From: Thermodesulfobacteriota bacterium
GTDB lineage: Bacteria; Desulfobacterota; Desulfobacteria; Desulfobacterales; SURF-7
Direction: 5' to 3'
Assembly (NCBI GenBank): GCA_049320885.1
Contig: JBMORA010000019.1
Coordinates: forward strand, 1-23,338
Length of the DNA: 23,338 bases
Positions 9,755 through 17,298 of the stretch are shown here, piece after piece (position 1 is the first letter of the stretch; each line of letters begins with the position of its first letter). Made by a program: the position numbers and the translations under genes. Under the pieces are notes generated by a model. That model was not told the origin of the DNA. It did not search any database and saw only the letters and a list, made by a program, of their open reading frames with translations.

Positions 9755-11239
9755 ATGGCGAGCAGAAGTTTCCGTTTTCGGGCGGCGATACGAATGGCGC
9801 CGGTGTTGTTGTTGCTGCAAATTTCCCTGGCGGCCGGGGAGGGAAAATACGATTATTCCAGCATCCGGGAGGAATATTCCGAGGCTGTTTGTCTGCTGGA
9901 ACGCGCCGATCAAGGCGGCGGTCCCCGGGACGAGGCCTCCCGGTGCCTCCTGGATCGCCCCGTCGATCTCCGGGAAGCCATCGGCATCGCCATTCAAAAC
10001 AACCCGGACAGCCAGATGGCCATGACCCGGATCCGGCAGACCGAAGCCGCCCTCGAAATGTCCCGGGCCGCCTTTTATCCGGCCCTGGGCATCTACACGG
10101 AATACCTCCAGGGCGACGCGCCTTCCGCCTATCTGTTCAAAACCATCGACCAGCGCTCCCTGCCACCCGGAACGGATTTCAACGATCCGGGCTGGTTCCG
10201 GAACATGGAAACCGGCCTGGTGGGGAAAATCAACCTGTTCAACGGCGGCAGGGACTGGCTCCAGAACCGGATGGCCGCCACCCAGGTGACCATTTCCCGG
10301 CTGGACCGGTTGGCGGTGGAGAATTCGCTGGCGGCGGCGGTGATCTCGGCATATTATGATTATCTGGCGGCCCAGGATTTCATCAAGATCGCCGAGGAAT
10401 CGGTGGCCACGGTCCAGTCCCAGCTCGATATCATGACGGCGCGATACCGGGCGGGCGGGGCCTTGAAATCGGATATTCTGTCGCTGGAAGTGCGGCTGGC
10501 CCGGGCCCGGGAAGAGGTGCTCATCAGCCGGAACCGGTCCCAGATGGCCATGGCGGCCCTGAGCAATCTCCTGGGCCTCCGTCCCGACCGGGAAATCCGC
10601 TTCCACAAGTCAACCCTGGGAAACATCGCCGTGCCGGAGGATTACGCCAGCGGGGTTGTCCAGGCCCTGGAGAACAGACCCGAGCTGAAGAAGGTCCGGG
10701 AACAGCTCAGCCAGTCCCGCATGGCCGTCGATCTGGCCAGGGCCGAGTATCTGCCCACCCTGGATCTCCAGGGGAAATATTATCACGATGATCCGGATTT
10801 CGCTTATGACCAGGATCGCCAGAACTGGACCGTGGGAATGGTGCTGAACTGGTATTTCTTTACCGGTCTGTCCACCCGGGCCGCCCACCGCCAATCCTCG
10901 GCCCGGCTGGAGGAGATTCTGGCCGGTGACCGCAAGAATGTCCTTTCAATTCAATTGGATGTAAAGAATGCCTACCTGAAGCTGGAGGAAGCCCGGGCGC
11001 GATTGACGGTGGCAGAAAAGAGCGTCGTGAGTGCCGAGGAGTCCCTGGCCCTGGTGAAAGTCCAATTCGAAGGCGGTTCGGCCACCATCACGCGGTATCT
11101 GGAGGCGGAATTGGCCCGGAATTCGGCGCGCATCAGTTCCACCACGGCTTTTTTTGACCGGGAAAAGGCCCTGGCCGATATCGGCAGGGCCGTGGGGTTG
11201 CTGGGCCCCATGTTCCGGCATGACCGGGAAGGTGGATGA
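9755..11239 (+). CDS. TolC-family outer membrane efflux protein
   Basis: Signal-peptide-like N-terminus; 'AIQNNPD', 'AAFYP', 'NLFNGG', 'ALENRPEL', 'AEYLPTL' duplicated OEP pattern; start may be GTG 9746. Confidence 0.9.
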   Translation: MASRSFRFRAAIRMAPVLLLLQISLAAGEGKYDYSSIREEYSEAVCLLERADQGGGPRDEASRCLLDRPVDLREAIGIAIQNNPDSQMAMTRIRQTEAALEMSRAAFYPALGIYTEYLQGDAPSAYLFKTIDQRSLPPGTDFNDPGWFRNMETGLVGKINLFNGGRDWLQNRMAATQVTISRLDRLAVENSLAAAVISAYYDYLAAQDFIKIAEESVATVQSQLDIMTARYRAGGALKSDILSLEVRLARAREEVLISRNRSQMAMAALSNLLGLRPDREIRFHKSTLGNIAVPEDYASGVVQALENRPELKKVREQLSQSRMAVDLARAEYLPTLDLQGKYYHDDPDFAYDQDRQNWTVGMVLNWYFFTGLSTRAAHRQSSARLEEILAGDRKNVLSIQLDVKNAYLKLEEARARLTVAEKSVVSAEESLALVKVQFEGGSATITRYLEAELARNSARISSTTAFFDREKALADIGRAVGLLGPMFRHDREGG

Positions 11240-11243
11240 GGCC

Positions 11244-11846
11244 ATGCTGTTCATCGAAAACACGCCGCCGAAAGCCTCGCGACCGAGAATCCCCATGGTA
11301 TTCATCGATGGGCAGCGCCGGCAGCACGCCCGGTACCAGATCCGGGGGTGCGCCCGGGCCGTTTTTTTCCAGCAGCGGATTCTCCTGGCCAAATCCCCGA
11401 GGATCATCCGGCTGGGCCCGATCATCGACATCGGCCGGGGAGGGCTGGCGGTGGAATATCTGGAGTCCAGATCCCGTTCGGGGGATTTCGGGGAACTGTC
11501 CGTGGAGATGCCGGACAAAAGCCTGGTTCTGTATCGCTTCCCGGTTCAAACCATTGCGGATTATCCCATCGCTGAGATGAATTCCGGTCAGTTGATCCGG
11601 CGGCGGTGCCTTCAATTTCTTCATTTGAATCAACACCAGCTCTTTCGCCTGGGAAAGTTCATCCGGATTCACACCTGCGGCCCGATGATCGACCGCCGCA
11701 GCGGCCGGGACCGCCGTTATCCCCAGGGACCGGAAGATCCGTTCATCGCCATACCCGGCTGGTGCTACGACAAGGGGCGTCGCCGCAAGCCGGATCGCCG
11801 GAAAAACGCGGTCAGCGGAACCGGAAAGGCGCCTCTCATCCGGTAG
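11244..11846 (+). CDS. PilZ-domain protein
   Basis: 'QRRQHARY' (RxxxR) and 'IIDIGRGGL' (D/NxSxxG-like, S replaced by G); C-terminal DRRSGRDRR...PDRR repeats. Start uncertain. Confidence 0.75.
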   Translation: MLFIENTPPKASRPRIPMVFIDGQRRQHARYQIRGCARAVFFQQRILLAKSPRIIRLGPIIDIGRGGLAVEYLESRSRSGDFGELSVEMPDKSLVLYRFPVQTIADYPIAEMNSGQLIRRRCLQFLHLNQHQLFRLGKFIRIHTCGPMIDRRSGRDRRYPQGPEDPFIAIPGWCYDKGRRRKPDRRKNAVSGTGKAPLIR

Positions 11847-11860
11847 TGATGGAGGATTCC

Positions 11861-12187
11861 ATGCCGCCTGATTCCCCGGCGCAGGATTCAGCGCCCGGCC
11901 CGGCCGGGAACCCTTGTCCGGCGGAAACCGGCTCCGACAGAACCCCCATTGTCTTTTCCCGTCTGGACTCGCATGAATATCATAACGGCTGGGCCTTGGC
12001 CTGCGACGCCGGCGGCATGAGCTTCGAATCCCGGACGGCCCTGCCTCCCGGCGCCCGTATTGTCATAAAAATGATGAATTATTGCATGATAATGGAAGCG
12101 GAAGTGACCTGGTGCCGGGAAGATATGCCGGCCAATCCCGGTCTGTTCCGCATGGGCGCCCGGTTTGACCGGAATGTTCTTGCCTGA
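11861..12187 (+). CDS. Degenerate PilZ-domain protein
   Basis: 'GGMSFES..ALPPG..I.I...AEVTWCR....FRMGARF' parallels the next gene; lacks RxxxR; GGAGG RBS at 11851-11855. Confidence 0.65.
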   Translation: MPPDSPAQDSAPGPAGNPCPAETGSDRTPIVFSRLDSHEYHNGWALACDAGGMSFESRTALPPGARIVIKMMNYCMIMEAEVTWCREDMPANPGLFRMGARFDRNVLA

Positions 12188-12240
12188 CCGGCCGGGCAAT
12201 GCAGTCACCTGTCAACACCATATATTGTATCATTTTTTTC

Positions 12241-12269
12241 TTGACACACAAAGAAGACTGGACTACGGT
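12241..12269 (+). promoter_or_regulatory. Putative sigma70 promoter of the third PilZ gene
   Basis: TTGACA-N17-TACGGT with an AT-rich upstream tract. Confidence 0.4.
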
Positions 12270-12341
12270 CCCGGTAACCGGTCTGCCAGGTTCCGGATGG
12301 TGGTGACAGGGAGATTTCTACAGTAACGGAGACTTACCAAG

Positions 12342-12701
12342 ATGTACGAAGATGGAATTTGGAGAAACGGAAAGCATCCGTCCCCGTCTGCCTCCGAGCA
12401 GCGGGCATACGTCCGCAAATCCCATTCCGCTCCGATTCTATATGAGTTTTACAACACCAACAATTATTACCAGGCGGTCATGCGCAACCACAGCATGGGC
12501 GGCATGTGCTTCGAGGCGGAATTCGCTCTGCCTAAAGGCGTTGAAATCTACATAAAAATTCCGAACCATCAGCCGGGTTCCAACGGACCCGAGGCCCGTA
12601 AGGGCTACCGGGCCGAGGTCCGGTGGTGCCGCAGAAAGAACGGCACCAATCCGCCGAGCTACGAAGTGGGCGTCAATTATTTCGAACCGGTGCTGTTCTA
12701 A
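12342..12701 (+). CDS. PilZ-domain protein with intact c-di-GMP motifs
   Basis: 'EQRAYVR' (RxxxR), 'NHSMGG' (D/NxSxxG), 'AEVRWCR', 'YEVGVNY'. Confidence 0.85.
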   Translation: MYEDGIWRNGKHPSPSASEQRAYVRKSHSAPILYEFYNTNNYYQAVMRNHSMGGMCFEAEFALPKGVEIYIKIPNHQPGSNGPEARKGYRAEVRWCRRKNGTNPPSYEVGVNYFEPVLF

Positions 12702-12718
12702 GAACGCCAACCATCCCG

Positions 12719-14584
12719 TCATTTCTGCTCAAACGGAATGGTCAGGGCGTACACCCCGTATTCCAGTTTGGCTTTCAACGGTCCCGCGCCTTTTTCGAAC
12801 ACTTTCATCATGGACGTGTTGGAGGAGAGCACATCGGCGGTGAATCCGTGGATGCCCCTTTCCTTGGCCAGGCGCATCAGCATCTGGTACATGTAGCTAG
12901 CGATCCCCAGGCCCTGATAGGCCTCGTCCACTACGAAGGCGACATCCGCGAACGGCGGGTTTCCGTTGTCCTTTACGAAACGCGCTTCCGCGATGATGTG
13001 CCCCTGGCCGGCATCCCCCACCAGACCCACGATGGACATGACTTTGCGGTAGTCCACATTGACGTATTTCTGCATTTTGTTGTGGGGCATGGTTTTGATG
13101 GAAGAAAAATACCGATAGTAGACCGCTTCGTCGGAAAACCGGTAAAACAGGCGGCGCATTTCCTCCTCATCGGAAGGCTTGATGGCGCGGAAACGAACTT
13201 CGACTCCGTTTTTAAAGGTATGCCGGGCGGCCACGTCGGCCGGATACAGGCTGGCCGCTTCGGCCAGGAAAATCTGGTCTTCGTACAGGATTTTTTCCGC
13301 TTTGGCCTGGGCCACGAGTTCGGCCCGGTCATCCGGATGGGCGATTTCGATCAATGCCTGGGCGCGTTCCCGGATGGTACGGCCGGATAAATTCGCCACG
13401 CCATATTCGGTGACCACCATGTCGACGGATTCCCTCAGGCCGAACTGGTTGGGGAATTGTTCCACTGTCAGGACGATATTGGCCGATTTTTTCAGATTCC
13501 GGCTGGGAAGGGCGAAGATGGTGAGACCGCCCTCGGATTGCTGGGCGCCGGTGACGAAATCGATGGCTTCCCCCGGGCTGGCGGCGACATTCCCCTTGCC
13601 GGTATGCAGGGCGATCCGGCCGGAAAGGTCCACCTTGCGGGCCGGCAATACCAGGGTGAACCGGGGATTGCGGCTGATCTGGGTGGAATCGAACACCTTG
13701 TCGGTGCTTTGAAATTCCACCAGGGGGTTGCGGTCCAGCCAGCACATCAGCTCCCTGCTGCCGAAGGCATAGGAGGCGACGGATTTCCCTCTCCAGATGG
13801 ATTTGTTGCGGTTGGTTACGGCTCCGCTTTTCACGAGGTCCATGAGGGCATCGGTGAAAAAGGGCGTATGGATGCCGAGATGGCGCTTGTTCGCCAGATG
13901 AGGGCTCAGGGCCTCGAACAAGGGGCCGATGGAAAAGGAGACGCAGCTGCCGTCCTCGATTTCCCGGGCCACGTTGGCGGCGACCTGATCGAAGACCTCG
14001 TCCACCGGCCACCTGTCGAAATAAATCGGCTCCTCGGTGGATTCGATGAGCATATCGAAGCAGGAGACCGGGACAAAGGTGTCGCCGAAGGTCTGGGGGA
14101 TCTGGCGGTTGATTTCCCCCACCACCAGGCAGGCCTGCTCCATGGCGTGATGGGCCGCATCCACGGAAACCCCGAGGCTGCAATAACCGGCCTCGTTGGG
14201 GGCGGTCACCTGAATGAAGGCGACATCCAGGGGAATGGTCCGGGAGGCGATGAGCTGCGGAATCCGGGAAAAACGGCTGGGAATCAGGTCCACCCGCCCG
14301 GCGACGATGGCTTCGCTGGCCACCCAGCCGGAAAAGAAGGTTTTCAGGCGGTATTTCTGCGTGCTGAGTTCCTGAATGGAAATGGCGTCACCGAGGCTCA
14401 CCAGCTGAATCAGGGAAAGATCCTGGAGATTGGGGGCGGTGGAGGCCATCAGATGTTTGACCAGGGTTCTGGGTTCCGCCAGGCCGGTGCCGATGAAAAT
14501 ACTCATGCCCGGTTCGATTTTTTCCATCACGGCGTCGGGTGTAACAATTATCCGTTTCCAGTCGGTTGGATTCTGGTTGTTCAA
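12719..14584 (-). CDS. Acetyl-CoA hydrolase/transferase fused to a C-terminal GNAT domain
   Basis: 'LDVAFIQV', 'GYCSLGVSVD', 'TDALMDLVKSGAVTN', 'VVTEYGVANL.G....ERAQALIEIAHPDDR'; GNAT 'VAFVVDEAYQGLGIAS'. TTG start with GGGAGA upstream. Confidence 0.93.
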   Translation of the reverse strand: MNNQNPTDWKRIIVTPDAVMEKIEPGMSIFIGTGLAEPRTLVKHLMASTAPNLQDLSLIQLVSLGDAISIQELSTQKYRLKTFFSGWVASEAIVAGRVDLIPSRFSRIPQLIASRTIPLDVAFIQVTAPNEAGYCSLGVSVDAAHHAMEQACLVVGEINRQIPQTFGDTFVPVSCFDMLIESTEEPIYFDRWPVDEVFDQVAANVAREIEDGSCVSFSIGPLFEALSPHLANKRHLGIHTPFFTDALMDLVKSGAVTNRNKSIWRGKSVASYAFGSRELMCWLDRNPLVEFQSTDKVFDSTQISRNPRFTLVLPARKVDLSGRIALHTGKGNVAASPGEAIDFVTGAQQSEGGLTIFALPSRNLKKSANIVLTVEQFPNQFGLRESVDMVVTEYGVANLSGRTIRERAQALIEIAHPDDRAELVAQAKAEKILYEDQIFLAEAASLYPADVAARHTFKNGVEVRFRAIKPSDEEEMRRLFYRFSDEAVYYRYFSSIKTMPHNKMQKYVNVDYRKVMSIVGLVGDAGQGHIIAEARFVKDNGNPPFADVAFVVDEAYQGLGIASYMYQMLMRLAKERGIHGFTADVLSSNTSMMKVFEKGAGPLKAKLEYGVYALTIPFEQK

Positions 14585-14597
14585 TGGGGTGTCTCCC

Positions 14598-14753
14598 TCA
14601 TGGGTTTGGCTGTTTCCGTTCGTCGGCCTTTTTTTTGTCTGTCACCTGACAGGCGTCCTTCATTCAGGTGGAAATGCCGAACCTGGGAAGAATGTAGGCC
14701 TGGAGCACATACCAGACGGCGATAAACAGGATCAGGGCGATGAGTTCCTTCAT
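14598..14753 (-). CDS. Candidate 51-aa single-TM selenoprotein (in-frame TGA at 14664-14666)
   Basis: AGGAGG RBS (14759-14764) 5 nt before ATG; reads MKELIALILFIAVWYVLQAYILPRFGIST-U-MKDACQVTDKKKADERKQPNP; SECIS-like hairpin 11 nt after the TGA. Without recoding it is a 29-aa membrane peptide. Confidence 0.7.
14639..14652 (-). promoter_or_regulatory. Putative bacterial SECIS hairpin
   Basis: CTGTC-AGGT-GACAG; stem begins 11 nt and loop 16 nt after the UGA, with a G in the first two loop positions. Confidence 0.55.
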
Positions 14754-14800
14754 GGTTTCCTCCTGTTGCCGGGAATGTCCCGGAAAAAATGGTCTTGTCC

Positions 14801-14830
14801 ATCATACAGGCTGGCGGGTAGGCTTTTCAA
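14801..14830 (-). promoter_or_regulatory. Putative sigma70 promoter for the small ORF and the CoA-transferase/GNAT gene
   Basis: Minus strand TTGAAA (14830-14825)-N18-TATGAT (14806-14801). Confidence 0.45.
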
Positions 14831-14962
14831 CCTTATTTTCACCATCTTGGAAAAATCGGTTTTCTCCGTTTCATCACGATTTGGTGATGCAGTGCCCTAG
14901 TCTTATATGGTATAAGAACCTATGGCGATTCCGCATGTAGACATTGAACAAAGGGGGTGAAC

Positions 14963-15667
14963 ATGGTTCGTCGGATCATTGTCGCCGTATGCTGGGTTTG
15001 CTGCTGTCTCCTGTTTGCCGGCGCCTGCCGTCCGGAAGCGGAAACCCCGGACCGGGAATCCCGGGCCGGGAACGCGCCGGTTCCCGGCCGGAAAACCATT
15101 GTCGCCCTGGGTGACAGCTTGACCTACGGTGACGGAGTTGCGGCCGGTGACGCCTATCCGGCGGTGTTGGCGGAGAGGTTGCGCAAGGAAGGTCGCGAGT
15201 TCCAGGTGATCAACGCCGGCGTCAAGGGTGAGGCCAGCAGCGGCACCTTGTTTCGAACCCCCAACCTGATCAAAACCCTGCACCCGGACATCCTGATTCT
15301 CTGCACCGGCGCCAATGACGGCCTGCGGAACATCAAGCCGGCGGTCCTGCGCACCAACCTGGACCGGATTCTCACCATGCTCAGACAGAGCCATGTCCGG
15401 GTCATCCTGGTGGGCATGCAGGCCTTTTTTCCCGCCAGGCCGGATTATCGGCAGGAATTTGATGCGGTTTATCCGGAAATCGCCCAAAAACACGGGGTGA
15501 TATTCGTGCCGTTCCTGCTGGAGGGCATTGCCGGCGATCCGGAGCTGATGCAGGAAGACGAACTGCATCCCAATGCCGACGGCTACGGCAAAGTGGTCGA
15601 TATTCTGTATCCCCATGTGATTCAGGCCATCGAGGAAGCGGTTGAAAAGCATCCGAAGGCCGAATGA
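14963..15667 (+). CDS. GDSL/SGNH arylesterase (TesA-like), possible lipoprotein
   Basis: GDSLT, INAGV.G, GANDGLR and DELHPN catalytic blocks; hydrophobic N-terminus ending 'FAGAC'. Alternative GTG start at 14957. Confidence 0.92.
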   Translation: MVRRIIVAVCWVCCCLLFAGACRPEAETPDRESRAGNAPVPGRKTIVALGDSLTYGDGVAAGDAYPAVLAERLRKEGREFQVINAGVKGEASSGTLFRTPNLIKTLHPDILILCTGANDGLRNIKPAVLRTNLDRILTMLRQSHVRVILVGMQAFFPARPDYRQEFDAVYPEIAQKHGVIFVPFLLEGIAGDPELMQEDELHPNADGYGKVVDILYPHVIQAIEEAVEKHPKAE

Positions 15668-15685
15668 TCGGGTTTTGGGGTTTCT

Positions 15686-16432
15686 TCAAGCGGCGTTCCG
15701 GTCCAGGATTTTCCCCCGACAGGCGATGACCACCTCCTGGTGGGGAATCTGTCCGCCGGCGGCCGCAAGGGCCTTGCGGACCATCATGGGCAGCCCCCCG
15801 CAGCAGGGCACTTCCATGAAAACGGAGGTGATGCTGCGCGGCTTCGCGGTCCGGAAGATGGCGGTGAATTTGTCCATATAGGCCTCCGCGTCGTCGAATT
15901 TGGGGCAGCCCATCAGGACCACCTTGCCTTTCAGAAAGTCCCGGTGCAGCGTGGGGTAGGCCACCGCCGCGCAATCCGCCAGGATCAGCAGGTCGGCGTT
16001 TTTGAGAAAGGGCGCATCGGGCGGCACTAGCCGGATCTGAACCGGCCAGTGGGACAGGGCCGAGGCTTCGCCGGCCACCTGTTGCGGTGCATTGGCCATC
16101 TGGCAGGGCGTCCGGGGCTCAAAGGACTGGATTTGGGCGGAAGGACAGCCGCAGGCCATGGTTTTGGCCGGTTCGGGCGCGGTCACGGAATGGGCCAAAT
16201 GTTCCTCCACGGCTTCCTCGTCGAATTCATCCGCCTCCCGCTCGATGACCCGGAGGGCGCCGTTGGGGCATTCCCCCAGGCAGGCGCCCAGGCCGTCACA
16301 GAAACGGTCCTCGATCACCCTGGCCTTGCCGTCGATGACCTGAATGGCGCCTTCGGCGCAGGCCGGCACGCACTGGCCGCAACCGTCGCAGCGTTCGTCG
16401 TCGATCTCAATTATTTTTCTCATGATTTTCAT
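15686..16432 (-). CDS. 2x[4Fe-4S] ferredoxin-domain protein of the type that accompanies hcp
   Basis: CDGCGQCVPAC and CDGLGACLGECP; 'CGCP', 'WPVQIRLV', 'ADC', 'GCPKFD', 'MEVPCCGG'; AAGGAGG RBS before ATG 16432. Confidence 0.9.
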   Translation of the reverse strand: MKIMRKIIEIDDERCDGCGQCVPACAEGAIQVIDGKARVIEDRFCDGLGACLGECPNGALRVIEREADEFDEEAVEEHLAHSVTAPEPAKTMACGCPSAQIQSFEPRTPCQMANAPQQVAGEASALSHWPVQIRLVPPDAPFLKNADLLILADCAAVAYPTLHRDFLKGKVVLMGCPKFDDAEAYMDKFTAIFRTAKPRSITSVFMEVPCCGGLPMMVRKALAAAGGQIPHQEVVIACRGKILDRNAA

Positions 16433-16463
16433 GGGTTTTTCCTCCTTGTCGGGTCGCAACGAA

Positions 16464-17201
16464 TCAGGCCGGCACTCCGGCCAGCCGTTTGGCGGCTTCT
16501 TCCCTGCCGGTCGCGGTCAGGAAAGAGTCGGTGAGAATGCGGCTCAGTTCATCCGGAGGAAGCGGTTCCTCCTTGTGGCGTTCTTCCAGATTGGTGAGCA
16601 GATCCGCGTCGTGGAGGGCCTTGAAATTGACGGTCTCCTCCGGCCGGGGGTGATGATGATGGGCGACGATGTCGCACACCTCCGCGATCAGTTCGGGTTT
16701 CGCGCCCAGTTTTTCCAAAATCGACCGGGCGATGGGCGGGCCTTCCTGTTCCTGGAAGGCCGCTGCCGTGCTGTTGTGCTGGCGCCGGGCCTCGTGGATG
16801 CCGATATCGTGCAGATACGCGGCCGCAAGGATCACGGCGAGGTTGCCGCCTTCGCGTTTGCCGATGGCTTCGGCATGGCGGGCCACCCGCATGGCATGGC
16901 CGATGCGCTTGAAATCGGTATGAAAATATTTCTTCATTTCCACCGCCACCCGGTCTTTCAGCAGGTTTTCCTTCTGGGCGATGAGTTCCGGGGGCAAATT
17001 GCCGATGCATTGCTCGGCGAATTCACAGTAGGAGGCGCAGCCGAAATCCATGTTGGGGTTCAGGAACCGGTGGCCGCAATTGGGACATCTCCTGGCCGGG
17101 TCGTCCTTGAAAAATTCCACCACGCTGCTGCATTTGGGGCAATTGGATTCGAAGATGGCCCCTTTTTTCCAGTATCGGCTGTCCTGTCCCGGGCATTTCA
17201 T
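16464..17201 (-). CDS. HD-domain phosphohydrolase with N-terminal Cys-rich/Zn-ribbon region
   Basis: MKCPGQD, CPKC, CPNC, GCASYC..AEQC; H..RV, 'AAYLHDIG', 'HHH', 'DAD'; GGAGG RBS before ATG 17201. Confidence 0.85.
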   Translation of the reverse strand: MKCPGQDSRYWKKGAIFESNCPKCSSVVEFFKDDPARRCPNCGHRFLNPNMDFGCASYCEFAEQCIGNLPPELIAQKENLLKDRVAVEMKKYFHTDFKRIGHAMRVARHAEAIGKREGGNLAVILAAAYLHDIGIHEARRQHNSTAAAFQEQEGPPIARSILEKLGAKPELIAEVCDIVAHHHHPRPEETVNFKALHDADLLTNLEERHKEEPLPPDELSRILTDSFLTATGREEAAKRLAGVPA

Positions 17202-17229
17202 GACGAACCTCCAAATCAAGGTTTTTTCA

Positions 17230-17260
17230 GGGTGTCCGCCCCTGTACCGGCCGGACACCC
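17230..17260. other. Intergenic stem-loop downstream of hcp
   Basis: 9-bp perfect IR GGGTGTCCG/CGGACACCC; no U-tract follows in the hcp direction, so more likely a stability or processing hairpin than a terminator. Confidence 0.45.
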
Positions 17261-17298
17261 CGTAAGCTAATCACCAAAGCTTTCCCTGTCATCCCGGC

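Noticed and set aside
6941..10606. 709-aa and 499-aa minus-strand ORFs
   Set aside because: Antisense shadows of the cytochrome and tolC genes.
12188..12341. c-di-GMP riboswitch before the third PilZ gene
   Set aside because: No recognisable GEMM-I or class II motifs.
14629..14654. The SECIS-like hairpin read as an intrinsic terminator
   Set aside because: Followed by an A-run on the minus strand; on the plus strand the T-run precedes the stem, so terminator geometry fails in both directions.
13457..14725. 422-aa plus-strand ORF
   Set aside because: Antisense shadow of the CoA-transferase gene.
14581..14805. 74-aa minus-strand ORF in the track
   Set aside because: No RBS and no coherent composition; the overlapping frame starting at 14753 has the AGGAGG RBS and a TM helix.
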